Part shown: piece by piece, positions 18,853 to 27,502 of the stretch
Position numbering within the stretch: position 1 is the stretch's first letter
How the letters are laid out: each line of letters starts with the position of its first letter
From: Candidatus Multivorans sp.
GTDB taxonomy: Bacteria; Acidobacteriota; Thermoanaerobaculia; Multivoradales; Multivoraceae
Direction: 5' to 3'
Length of the DNA: 64,000 bases
Assembly: GCA_965224025.1 (NCBI GenBank)
Contig: OZ245033.1
Location: 672,001-736,000, forward strand
The notes under the pieces: model-generated
Seen by the model: the letters and a program-made list of their open reading frames with translations, nothing else
The model's database searches: none
What the model was told of the DNA's origin: nothing
Translations under genes and position numbers: made by a program

Positions 18853-20166
18853 GTGCGGGTACCGAGGACCGTTATCGCCCTGCTCTGCACGACGCTGCAG
18901 TTGTGCTTCGGGACGGTCTACGCCTGGAGCTTCTTCCAGACCATGCTGGTGCGGCAGGCGGGTTGGACTTTCTCGGAAACGGCCTGGGCATTCAGCATCA
19001 CGATCTTCTCCCTCGGCGTATCGGCGGCGTGGGCCGGCCAGATGCTGCCGCGGCTCGGCCCGAGGAAGCTGGCGGTGATCGGCAGCGTCATGTTCTCGGG
19101 CGGCTACGTCGTCGCGGCGGGCGCTCTGACGCTGGACATGCTGCCCCTCTTCTACCTCGGCTACGGAGTGATCGGCGGCGCCGGCATCGGCCTGGGCTAC
19201 GTGACGCCGGTGGCGACCGTCGCGAAGTGGTTCCCGGACCACAAGGGGCTCGTCACCGGAATCGTCGTCATGGGCTTCGGCGTCGGCGCCTTCCTGCTCA
19301 GCAAGGGCCTGGCGCCCCTGCTCGTGGTGCGTGCCGGCGACGATCTGGCTCAGATCTTCCTCTGGCTGGGCATCGTCTTCGCCTGCGTTCTGATCCCATG
19401 CAGCCTGTTGCTGAGCGATCCACCCGCCCCGGCGACGCCGCAGACCGTGGTCGCCGGGCCTTCGGGGGCGGAAGCGGCGCCGGACGAATCCGCGGCGGTC
19501 AAGACCTACCTCGGGTCCCAACAGTTCGTGTTCATGTGGATCGTGTTCTTCTTCAACATCGCGGCCGGCATCACGGTGATCAGCTTCCAGTCCGAGCTGC
19601 TGCAGGAGGTCTGGGGACTCTCCGATCCGTCCCTCGAGCCGGCGACGCTTGCCGAGTACGGCGCGACGCTGATTGCGATCAGTTCGTTGTGCAACGGCGC
19701 AGGAAGGCTGTTCTGGGGCCTGCTGTCCGATCGCTTCGGTCGGGTCAAGGTGTTCCGGGTCCTGCTCTCCAGTCAGATGGTGGTCTTCGGCTTCTTGATG
19801 ACGGAGAGCAATCCCTGGGTGTTCTCGGTGCTCGTCTGCTATGTGCTGCTCTGCTTCGGAGGCGGGTTCGCCACCATGCCGCCGTTCGTGCTCGACGTGT
19901 TCGGGCCGAAGAAGATGTCGGCCATATACGGCGCGGTGCTCACCGCCTGGGCGGCGGCCGGGATCGTCGGTCCGGTCTACCTGGGGTATCTGAAGGACGT
20001 CTACCCTGACCGGGCGGTCATGTACTGCTTCCTGGTCGGCATCCTGATGCTTGGCGGTGGTTACCTGTTCTCCTACCTGCTGACCGACAACCGGATCCGG
20101 CTGGGGCGGCCGACTCTCGAGGGGACCCTCCGCGAGTACGGGGTTCCCGTACCCGGCGAGGGATAG
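18853..20166 (+). CDS. MFS transporter, oxalate/formate antiporter (OFA/OxlT-like) family
   Basis: LQLC.GTVYAWSFF, GIGLGYVTP....KWFPDHKGL.TG..V.GFG, NG.GRLFWG.LSDR.GR, DVFG.K....IYG; about 12 TM; start approximate. Confidence 0.87.
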   Translation: MRVPRTVIALLCTTLQLCFGTVYAWSFFQTMLVRQAGWTFSETAWAFSITIFSLGVSAAWAGQMLPRLGPRKLAVIGSVMFSGGYVVAAGALTLDMLPLFYLGYGVIGGAGIGLGYVTPVATVAKWFPDHKGLVTGIVVMGFGVGAFLLSKGLAPLLVVRAGDDLAQIFLWLGIVFACVLIPCSLLLSDPPAPATPQTVVAGPSGAEAAPDESAAVKTYLGSQQFVFMWIVFFFNIAAGITVISFQSELLQEVWGLSDPSLEPATLAEYGATLIAISSLCNGAGRLFWGLLSDRFGRVKVFRVLLSSQMVVFGFLMTESNPWVFSVLVCYVLLCFGGGFATMPPFVLDVFGPKKMSAIYGAVLTAWAAAGIVGPVYLGYLKDVYPDRAVMYCFLVGILMLGGGYLFSYLLTDNRIRLGRPTLEGTLREYGVPVPGEG

Positions 20167-20257
20167 CGGGCCTGCCGGCCCCACGAAGGCGGCTACGAGG
20201 TGACCGCGCCCCCATGGTGAAGCTGAAGTTCGACGCGCGGTCGCTGCTCGGGTCGTG

Positions 20258-21145
20258 ATGTTCGCGACGATCCTTCGATCGCTCCGGCCCGCCCAGTGGA
20301 GCAAGAACGTGTTCGTTCTGGCGCCGGCGGCGTTTGCGGGAGGCTTGACGGTCCCGGACGCGGTCGCGGCGGCCGCGGTCGCACTGGCCGCGTTCTGCGC
20401 CGCGGCCAGCTCCGTGTACCTGTTCAACGATCTGCGTGACCGCGAACTGGACCGGCGCCATCCGAGGAAGAGCCTACGGCCGGTGGCGTCGGGCGCCCTG
20501 GGCACGGCGCCGGCTTCGGTGGTCAGCGCGGGGCTGGCGACGGTTGCTCTGGGCGCGGCGTGGACGTTGAACGACCGCACGGTTCAACTCGTCGCCGCCT
20601 ACCTTGTGGTCAACCTCTGCTACAGCCTGTGGTTGAAACGGATCGTGATCGTCGACGTGATGGTGCTGTCGAGCGGCTTCGTGATCCGGGTGCTGGCCGG
20701 CGCCGCCGCGGTCGGGGCCGCGGTCTCCGCCTGGCTGGTGCTCTGCACCGTCTTTCTGGCCCTGTTCCTGGGTTTCTCCAAGCGCCGGCACGAACTGGTG
20801 CTCCTCGTAGGCGAGGCGGGTGAGCAGCGGTCGGTGCTCAATCACTACAGCCCGATGTTCCTCGATCAGATGATGAACGTGGTGACCGCGTCGACGCTTC
20901 TGTCCTACGCCCTGTACACCACGGCCGACGAGACGGTCGCCCGCTTCGGCGACTACAGCCTGGTCTGGACGGTTCCCTTCGTGCTGTTCGGCATCTTCCG
21001 CTACCTGTACCTGATCCACCAGGCCGAGAACCCGAAGCAGCGCAATCCGACCGAGCTACTGCTGTTCGATCCCCCGTTCCTGGTCAACATGGGGCTCTAC
21101 AGCCTGACCGTCCTCCTGATCGTCTACGTCGGCAGCCCGTCGTGA
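20258..21145 (+). CDS. UbiA-family decaprenyl-phosphate phosphoribosyltransferase-like protein
   Basis: LRP.QW.KN.FV, YLFNDLRDRELDRRHPRK..RP.ASG, YS..LKR, GFVIRV.AG, FSKRRHE, FGIFRY. Confidence 0.85.
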   Translation: MFATILRSLRPAQWSKNVFVLAPAAFAGGLTVPDAVAAAAVALAAFCAAASSVYLFNDLRDRELDRRHPRKSLRPVASGALGTAPASVVSAGLATVALGAAWTLNDRTVQLVAAYLVVNLCYSLWLKRIVIVDVMVLSSGFVIRVLAGAAAVGAAVSAWLVLCTVFLALFLGFSKRRHELVLLVGEAGEQRSVLNHYSPMFLDQMMNVVTASTLLSYALYTTADETVARFGDYSLVWTVPFVLFGIFRYLYLIHQAENPKQRNPTELLLFDPPFLVNMGLYSLTVLLIVYVGSPS

Positions 21146-22147
21146 GAGTCCGCCTGCATTCGACCGGCGCAGCAGCGCCAGCACCCAGGGCAGCGCCAGC
21201 AGGCCCACGATGACCGCGAACCAGAGCGTCGCCGCGCGGACGATGACGGTCGATGCCATGGCGGCGTCGAGAGCGACTCCCTGACGTTCCAGCAGCAGGA
21301 CCAGCGAACCCTCGGCCGCCAGCAGGCCTCCGGGGAGCATGGAGACTGCGCCCGCCATGCTGGAAGCCGCGTAGTCGAACACCGAGGCGAGCACCGGCAC
21401 GGCCGGTTCGTAGTGGCGGACCACCAGCGCGCAGCCGACTCCCTCGGCCGCCCAAGCGGTGGTGGAGAGCGCCAGGCCGGCGAGCAGCGTCCGTGGCTCG
21501 ACGAGCCGGTTGAACGCCTGGTGGATGTCGATCAACACCGCGGCGCGTCCGGCGCCGAGCCGCGTCTTCGCGAGCATCGGCATGAGGCGGCCCGTGAGGG
21601 GCCGGTAGATCACCGCGACCGCGGCGGCGGCCGCGACGAGAACGATCGCGGCCACAAACGAACGTTGACCGGTGAAGACCAGCACCGACGACGCCAGGAG
21701 CAGCAGGACGGCGATCACGTCCAGCAGCCGTTCGGTGACCACCACGGCGACGACGGGGCGGGCCCGGCGAGCGCCGAACTCGCGGGCCATCCATGCCTTC
21801 GCCAGTTCGCCCGCCTTGCCGGGCGTGACCGCCAGCAGGAAGCCGGTCAGGAAGATCGCCAGGCTGCGACCCAGCGGGAGACGGACATCGAGCCGGTGCA
21901 GGTAGTACTGCCAGCGCAGGAAGCGCAGACCGTAGTTGACGGCGGACAGCAGCAACACGAGGGTCAGCACGCCGACGTCGAAGCCTCCGATGAGATCGCG
22001 GATCTGCTCGAAGTCGCCCACGAATCCCAGCGCCGCGAAGGTCACGGCGCCGAGCAGGACCAGGACGAGAAGACCCCTTCCGATGCCGCGGAACGGCTGC
22101 GTCGGGTCGGCGGCGCGGTGGCGGGGGAGCGGCACGGGAGGCACCAT
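21056..22147 (-). CDS. lysylphosphatidylglycerol synthase TM / flippase-like (UPF0104) membrane protein
   Basis: NYGLRFLRWQYYL, TPGKAGELAK, ERLLD, PGGL..AEG, RAATLWF; the 3' end overlaps the convergent gene. Confidence 0.82.
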   Translation of the reverse strand: MVPPVPLPRHRAADPTQPFRGIGRGLLVLVLLGAVTFAALGFVGDFEQIRDLIGGFDVGVLTLVLLLSAVNYGLRFLRWQYYLHRLDVRLPLGRSLAIFLTGFLLAVTPGKAGELAKAWMAREFGARRARPVVAVVVTERLLDVIAVLLLLASSVLVFTGQRSFVAAIVLVAAAAAVAVIYRPLTGRLMPMLAKTRLGAGRAAVLIDIHQAFNRLVEPRTLLAGLALSTTAWAAEGVGCALVVRHYEPAVPVLASVFDYAASSMAGAVSMLPGGLLAAEGSLVLLLERQGVALDAAMASTVIVRAATLWFAVIVGLLALPWVLALLRRSNAGGLSRRAADVDDQEDGQAVEPHVDQERGIEQQ

Positions 22148-22227
22148 GGACGGTAGCAGCTTCGCGCCCGTACAAATCTATGGGCCGCGGTGGGCGCGCC
22201 ACCCGGGTTGCTAAGCTGATCCCATTG

Positions 22228-23685
22228 ATGTCGAGCAGCGCGAAACTGCACGCGCGGCGCCCCGTGGCGTCCCGGATCGCGCTCTACGGAGCACTGCTCG
22301 TCGTGGCGGTCGCCTTCGCCGTGTTCCAGCCGCGTACGCCCGCGCCGGTCTTCGACACGGCCTGGTCCGAGGTCGACTTCGAGGCGAACGAGGACGTCCG
22401 GCGGCTGCGGGCCCTGGTCCGGATCGACACGACGCCGGATGTGGGCCGCGAGATCGACGCCGCTCGCTTCCTGGCGGGGATCCTGGAGGACGCCGGCCTG
22501 CCGGTCGAGATCGAGGAGCATCCGGGCGCGAAGGCGAACCTGTGGGCGATCCTCGAGGGGGCAACCGAGGAGGCGCTGGTCCTCCACAACCACCTCGATG
22601 TCGATCCGATCCGCCGTCCCGAGGACTGGGTCGCGCCCCCGTTCGAGGGTCGGATCGAGCCGCCGTGGATCATCGGGCGGGGCGTCTTCGACATGAAGAG
22701 CGTCACCGTCGCCCAACTCGGCGCGGTGCTGGCGGCCAAGGAGCGGATGGACGAGACGGGCCGGCGTCCAAGGTACTCGCTGATCTTCCTCGCGACCAGC
22801 AGCGAAGAGACGGGCAGCGATCTGGGCACTCGCCACATCCTCGCCGCCCGGCCGGAACTGACCCGCCGGTTCTGGGCCGTGCTCACGGAGGGCGGGGTGC
22901 TGGAGGCGCCCTGGGCCGGCGAGGTCAAGTACTGGGGCACGTCCTTCGCCCAGAAGCAGTTCCTGGAGGCGACCGCGACGAGTGCGTCGGCGCAGCGCCT
23001 GGAGGGGCTCCGTGCGGAGCTGCTCGGGAGGCTGCGCACGGCGCCGCCGACGGCCCTGGTGCCCGAGACGAAGGCGTTCGCTGTCGCCTACGGGCCGTCG
23101 CGTCAGCATCCGGACTACAGGGCCGCCCTGGCCGAGCCCGAGCGCGTGCTGCGCGAGCCCGAGCTCTTCATGCGCCTGCCGGATCTGCTCAAGTCGTTGT
23201 TCCGCAACGAGGCGCACCCGTTCGCGGTCGAAGCGTCTTCCGCGGGCGGCTACCGGTTGCGAATCGTGCTCCACGTGCTGCCCGGTCTCGACGCCGACGT
23301 CGCGGCGGCCGAGCTGCTGCCCAGCCGGCTACTGGACGGCATCGACATCCGGATTCACGAGCGCCGCGGGGCGGTGCGGGGAAGTCCCCTCGACCACCCC
23401 GCATACGTGCAGTTGATCGATTCGCTGCTTCGGCGGACCGGCGTCGAGCCGAACCGGGTCGGTCCCTACCTGCTGACCCGCTACGCCAACGACGCCCGCT
23501 TCTTCCGGCGCCACGGCATTGCCGCCTACGGGTTCACCCCGTTCCTGCTCCTCTCCGTCGACACGATGACCGTGGCGGGTCCGAACGAGAAGATCGCCCT
23601 GCCTGCCTTCGTCGAGGGCGCGGAGTTGTATCGCCAGGTGGTGCTCGACCTGCTCGATGCGGCCCCGCGGCAGGCTGCCCGGTGA
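22228..23685 (+). CDS. M20/M25/M40-family metallopeptidase, N-terminal anchor
   Basis: HNHLDVDP, GRGVFDMK, SEETG, LTEGG, NDARFFR, YGFTP. Confidence 0.82.
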   Translation: MSSSAKLHARRPVASRIALYGALLVVAVAFAVFQPRTPAPVFDTAWSEVDFEANEDVRRLRALVRIDTTPDVGREIDAARFLAGILEDAGLPVEIEEHPGAKANLWAILEGATEEALVLHNHLDVDPIRRPEDWVAPPFEGRIEPPWIIGRGVFDMKSVTVAQLGAVLAAKERMDETGRRPRYSLIFLATSSEETGSDLGTRHILAARPELTRRFWAVLTEGGVLEAPWAGEVKYWGTSFAQKQFLEATATSASAQRLEGLRAELLGRLRTAPPTALVPETKAFAVAYGPSRQHPDYRAALAEPERVLREPELFMRLPDLLKSLFRNEAHPFAVEASSAGGYRLRIVLHVLPGLDADVAAAELLPSRLLDGIDIRIHERRGAVRGSPLDHPAYVQLIDSLLRRTGVEPNRVGPYLLTRYANDARFFRRHGIAAYGFTPFLLLSVDTMTVAGPNEKIALPAFVEGAELYRQVVLDLLDAAPRQAAR

Positions 23686-25145
23686 TGGAGGTGAGCGTTC
23701 GGCGAGGGTTGCGGTTCGGCATGGCGGCAGCCGCGCTGCTGGTGGCGACGCCGGCGCCGGCCGGCGCCGGCCCCGTCGCCTGGCTTCAGAAGTACCTTTC
23801 CTTCGATACGAGCAATCCGCCGGGCGGCGAGCGTCCGGCCGTCCGGTACCTGGCGTCGCTGATCGAACAGGGCGATCCCGGCGGAGAGATCGAGGTCCGG
23901 GTTCTTCTGAGTCCCAGCGGACGCGCGAACCTGTACGCGCGATTGCCGGCGAACGCGGTGGAAGCGACAGGCCGCAGCCTGGTTCTGCTGCACCACCTCG
24001 ACGTCGTGCCCGCGGGCGACGGTTGGAACCGGCCGCCGTTCGGCGGCGAGCTGCACCGCGGGCGGATCTGGGGCCGCGGCGCGCTGGATGCGAAGGGCCT
24101 CGGCGTCGCTCACCTGAACGCCATGCTCCATGTTCTGGAGAGCGATCGTCCCCGGCATCGGGACCTGGTCTTCGTGGCCAGCGCGGACGAGGAAGCGGGC
24201 GGTCAGGAGGGCGTGGGCTGGCTGCTGGAGGAGCACGCAGAGTTGTTCGAAGACGCCGAGGCAGTGCTGAACGAGGCGGGCGTCAACCGGATGGCGGGGG
24301 CCAGATTGCTCTGGTGGGGAATCGAGACGGCGCAGAAACAGGTGCTCTGGCTGCGGGTTACCGCCGCCGGCCGGGGCGGCCACGGCTCGGGCTTCAACCC
24401 CGCGAGCCCCACCCATCGGCTGCTGCGGGCTCTGAACCGAGTCCTCGACCTGGAGCATCCCTGGAGGGTTACCGCTGCGTCCCACCAGGCTTACCGCGCC
24501 CTCGCCGGGTTCCGTCAGGGCGAGTTCGCCGAGGTCTTCGATCAGCCGATCGAGGTCGTTCAGGCAGAACTCGACCGCCGGGTCCGGGACGGCGGGTTGG
24601 ACCGAATTCTCCTGCCGGGCATGTCTGCGAGCTTCCGCGACACGGTTCAGATCACCCGGATCGACAACGGCGCCGGGCCGGTGAACGTGGCGCCCGGTGA
24701 GGCGTTCGCCCTGATCGACGCGCGCCTGCTGCCGGACACCGATGTCGAGGGGTTTCGCCGGCGGTTGGAGACGGTGCTTGGCGGCGGCATCCATGCAGAG
24801 GAGCTGCTGCGCTCCGGCGGCAGTCCCGTCTCGAGTACGAGCAGCGACGTCTACCGGACGTTGGAGCGGGTTCTCGGCGTGCGCGCCCCGGTGGCGCCGA
24901 CGATGATTGCCGGCGCCACGGACTCCCGCTTTTTTCGCCGCCGCGGCGTGGACGCCTACGGCTTCTCGCCGTTCACGCTCCGTGCCGACGACGCAGGCGG
25001 CATCCACGGCGCCGACGAGCGGATATCGGTCGAGGGCTTTCTCCGCGGTTGCGAGATGATGAAGCGGGTCGTCGCCGCCCTCGTTCTCGCGGACGGCGAC
25101 TCCGTGCCGCCTGCCGCCCGCGGCGCCGGCCGCAGGGAGCGATGA
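23685..25145 (+). CDS. M20/M25/M40-family metallopeptidase, signal peptide
   Basis: DTSNPPGGE, HHLDVVP, GRGALDAKG, ADEEAGG, GHGS, GATDSRFFR, IHGADERI; TGATG overlap. Confidence 0.88.
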   Translation: MEVSVRRGLRFGMAAAALLVATPAPAGAGPVAWLQKYLSFDTSNPPGGERPAVRYLASLIEQGDPGGEIEVRVLLSPSGRANLYARLPANAVEATGRSLVLLHHLDVVPAGDGWNRPPFGGELHRGRIWGRGALDAKGLGVAHLNAMLHVLESDRPRHRDLVFVASADEEAGGQEGVGWLLEEHAELFEDAEAVLNEAGVNRMAGARLLWWGIETAQKQVLWLRVTAAGRGGHGSGFNPASPTHRLLRALNRVLDLEHPWRVTAASHQAYRALAGFRQGEFAEVFDQPIEVVQAELDRRVRDGGLDRILLPGMSASFRDTVQITRIDNGAGPVNVAPGEAFALIDARLLPDTDVEGFRRRLETVLGGGIHAEELLRSGGSPVSSTSSDVYRTLERVLGVRAPVAPTMIAGATDSRFFRRRGVDAYGFSPFTLRADDAGGIHGADERISVEGFLRGCEMMKRVVAALVLADGDSVPPAARGAGRRER

Positions 25146-25933
25146 TGTTCGAAGAGGCGCCCGCGATGGCCATCTTCGGCGCGACATACGCGGCGGTGAT
25201 CGGCCTGTGTGTCGGGAGTTTCCTGAACGTCGTCGCCTACCGCCTGCCGCACGGCGAGTCGGTGGTCCGGCCCCGTTCCCGCTGCCTGACCTGCGGCGGC
25301 GGGATTGCCGGCCGGGACAACCTGCCGGTCCTGAGCTTCGTGCTGCTCGGTGGCCGCTGCCGGATATGCGGCGCCCGGATCTCGTGGCGCTACCCGGCGG
25401 TCGAGGCCGCCTCAGGGCTCCTCTGGCTTGTCTCCTGGCTCGGTTTCGGACCGACCGTGGACGGTCTGGCGGCTGCCGTTTTCTCGAGCCTTCTGCTGGC
25501 CCTCGCGGTGATCGACGCGGCCCACTTCGTGCTCCCGGATCAACTGACGTACCTGACCTTGGGCCTCGGTCTGGCGGCGTCCTTCGGAGTCAGTTGGACG
25601 ACGCCGCTCGCGTCGGTTCTCGGCGCCGCCGCCGGCGCCGCCGCGCTGCTCCTCCTGATCGGCGCCTGGTACCTGCTCCGCCGCGTCCGCGGCATGGGCC
25701 TGGGCGATGTGAAGATGCTCGCGGGGGTGGGCGCCTTTCTCGGCCCCTACGGGATGTTGCTCACGCTCTTCCTGGCCTGCCTGTTCGGCGCCCTCTTCGG
25801 GCTTGTGCTCATGGTCCGCGGGCGGTTGGGTTGGAGTTCACGCCTGCCGTTCGGGGTCTTCCTGTCGATCGGCGCGGCCGTGTCGCTGTTCTTCGGGCCG
25901 CGCCTGATCGTCGCCTACGCGTCCCTGCTGTAG
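25142..25933 (+). CDS. pilD: prepilin peptidase (A24)
   Basis: GSFLNVV.YRLP, SRC..C, GRC..C..ISWRYP.VE, ID....LPD, GMGLGDVK, LPFG.FL. Confidence 0.92.
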   Translation: MMFEEAPAMAIFGATYAAVIGLCVGSFLNVVAYRLPHGESVVRPRSRCLTCGGGIAGRDNLPVLSFVLLGGRCRICGARISWRYPAVEAASGLLWLVSWLGFGPTVDGLAAAVFSSLLLALAVIDAAHFVLPDQLTYLTLGLGLAASFGVSWTTPLASVLGAAAGAAALLLLIGAWYLLRRVRGMGLGDVKMLAGVGAFLGPYGMLLTLFLACLFGALFGLVLMVRGRLGWSSRLPFGVFLSIGAAVSLFFGPRLIVAYASLL

Positions 25934-26030
25934 CCAAGCCAGGAGACTGCGCGGCAGAAACCGGGTGCGCCGGCGTCCCGTCCGAACTTCCGCGTCCGAG
26001 GTCACGGGCCCCGATTCCGTCTTGATCGGT

Positions 26031-26477
26031 ATGGAGAGTTCTTACCATCCCGTTCCCAACCGGCAGACGTGGGCCGGCTTCACTCTGGTTGAAGTGCTGG
26101 TGTCCTGCGCCCTGCTCGGGCTGGCCGCCGCGACGCTGATGTCGCTTCTGGTTCGATCCGGCCTGAACAACCTCGAAGCGCGCCGGGCCGATGCCCTGGC
26201 CGCCATGGCGCGCTCCTCCCTGGACGACCTCGGAAACGCGGACGGCGTCGAGCAGGTCTGGTGTTCCTCGATTCCGGCCTGGCGAGATGACTGCGGCGCG
26301 GAGGCGCCGCGTTTTCGGCGCTCGGTGCATGCGGTGCGGGTCGTGGTGCCGGCCCTTGCCGGAGAGTCCGTGGAAGTGGAGGAGGTGACGGTCGAAGTGA
26401 CGGCCCTGCAGGCGGGCCGCGCCGCCGGGGAGAGGACGATCCGCCTCGTCACCTTCCGCACGGCGGGGGTGCGGTGA
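26031..26477 (+). CDS. type IV minor pilin (PilV-like)
   Basis: Class III signal AG/FTLVEVLVS plus hydrophobic helix. Confidence 0.72.
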   Translation: MESSYHPVPNRQTWAGFTLVEVLVSCALLGLAAATLMSLLVRSGLNNLEARRADALAAMARSSLDDLGNADGVEQVWCSSIPAWRDDCGAEAPRFRRSVHAVRVVVPALAGESVEVEEVTVEVTALQAGRAAGERTIRLVTFRTAGVR

Positions 26478-27502
26478 AGGTCGACCGGCGCCGCTGTGCG
26501 CCCATCGGGCGACCGGACTCCGGGGCCAGCCTGATCGAGACGCTGGTCGCGTTCGGTCTGACCGTGGCGGTTTCGGCGGCCGCCCTCTTCCTGTTCGTTC
26601 TTCATCAGCGACTGGCCCGGGCTCAACTCGAGGCGGCGTCGCTCCAGCAGGCGCAGCAGGCAGTCCACCTCGAACTGCGGCGAACGCTGCGCGCCGCCGG
26701 CCGCGGCGGCCTGGTCCACCAGTTGCCGGGGCAGGCGCCGCGTCCCGAACTCGCGGTCGAGGTCCAGAAGCAGGTGAAGGCGGGTCACGCCGTGGGGTCC
26801 AAAACGGCGGCCGAGGGCACGGACGTGCTGGTGGTCCGCGGCGTGATCAACGGTCCGCTCTACTGGGTCGACCAATACCGATTCGACCCGGCCGCGGGGC
26901 GCGGCTGGGTTCAGGTTCGCGCCCGGACCGCGTACGGCTCTGCTCAACCCCTCGAGACGCTCCGGGAGGCCGGCGACGCCGGCGACGACGCCTTGCTCCT
27001 GGTCTCCGGCGACGTCCTTGGGGTTCACGCCGTGGTCCCGATCGTCGACGTGGCCTCAAGCGGCCGGGGCCGGCGCCGCAGGTTGCGGGTCGAATTCCAT
27101 GCCGACGCCTCGCGCGGTCCGCTCGCGGCCGGCTACCTTTCGATGTCGAGCGGCGGGAGCTGGCCGGCCGGCTACATGAGCAGAGTCGTCCGCGTGGGCG
27201 TGCTCGAGGAGTGGCGGTTCTACATCCGGCCGCCTGCCCTGGACTCCCTGGAGGGATCGCAACTGGCGATGGCCCGCCTCTATCCCGGTTCGGGGGTCGC
27301 CTGGCGCCGTCGCAGCGCGAACCTGACCCAGGTGATCGCGGACGGTATTGCCGACCTGGAGGTCGCGGTCGAGGAGTTGGGGGAAGGCCGTGGATGGAGC
27401 GTCACCGTAGCCAGTACCGCTCGAATCGGAGAACCGGCCGCGGCGGCGCTGCGGGTGCAACGGACGGTTGCCACCGAGGTTCGGATGAGGAACCTGCAGT
27501 GA
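26474..27502 (+). CDS. type IV minor pilin (PilW-like)
   Basis: SG/ASLIETLVA, helix ..ELRRTLRAAG, C-terminal IADGIADLEV and V.MRN. Confidence 0.7.
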   Translation: MKVDRRRCAPIGRPDSGASLIETLVAFGLTVAVSAAALFLFVLHQRLARAQLEAASLQQAQQAVHLELRRTLRAAGRGGLVHQLPGQAPRPELAVEVQKQVKAGHAVGSKTAAEGTDVLVVRGVINGPLYWVDQYRFDPAAGRGWVQVRARTAYGSAQPLETLREAGDAGDDALLLVSGDVLGVHAVVPIVDVASSGRGRRRRLRVEFHADASRGPLAAGYLSMSSGGSWPAGYMSRVVRVGVLEEWRFYIRPPALDSLEGSQLAMARLYPGSGVAWRRRSANLTQVIADGIADLEVAVEELGEGRGWSVTVASTARIGEPAAAALRVQRTVATEVRMRNLQ

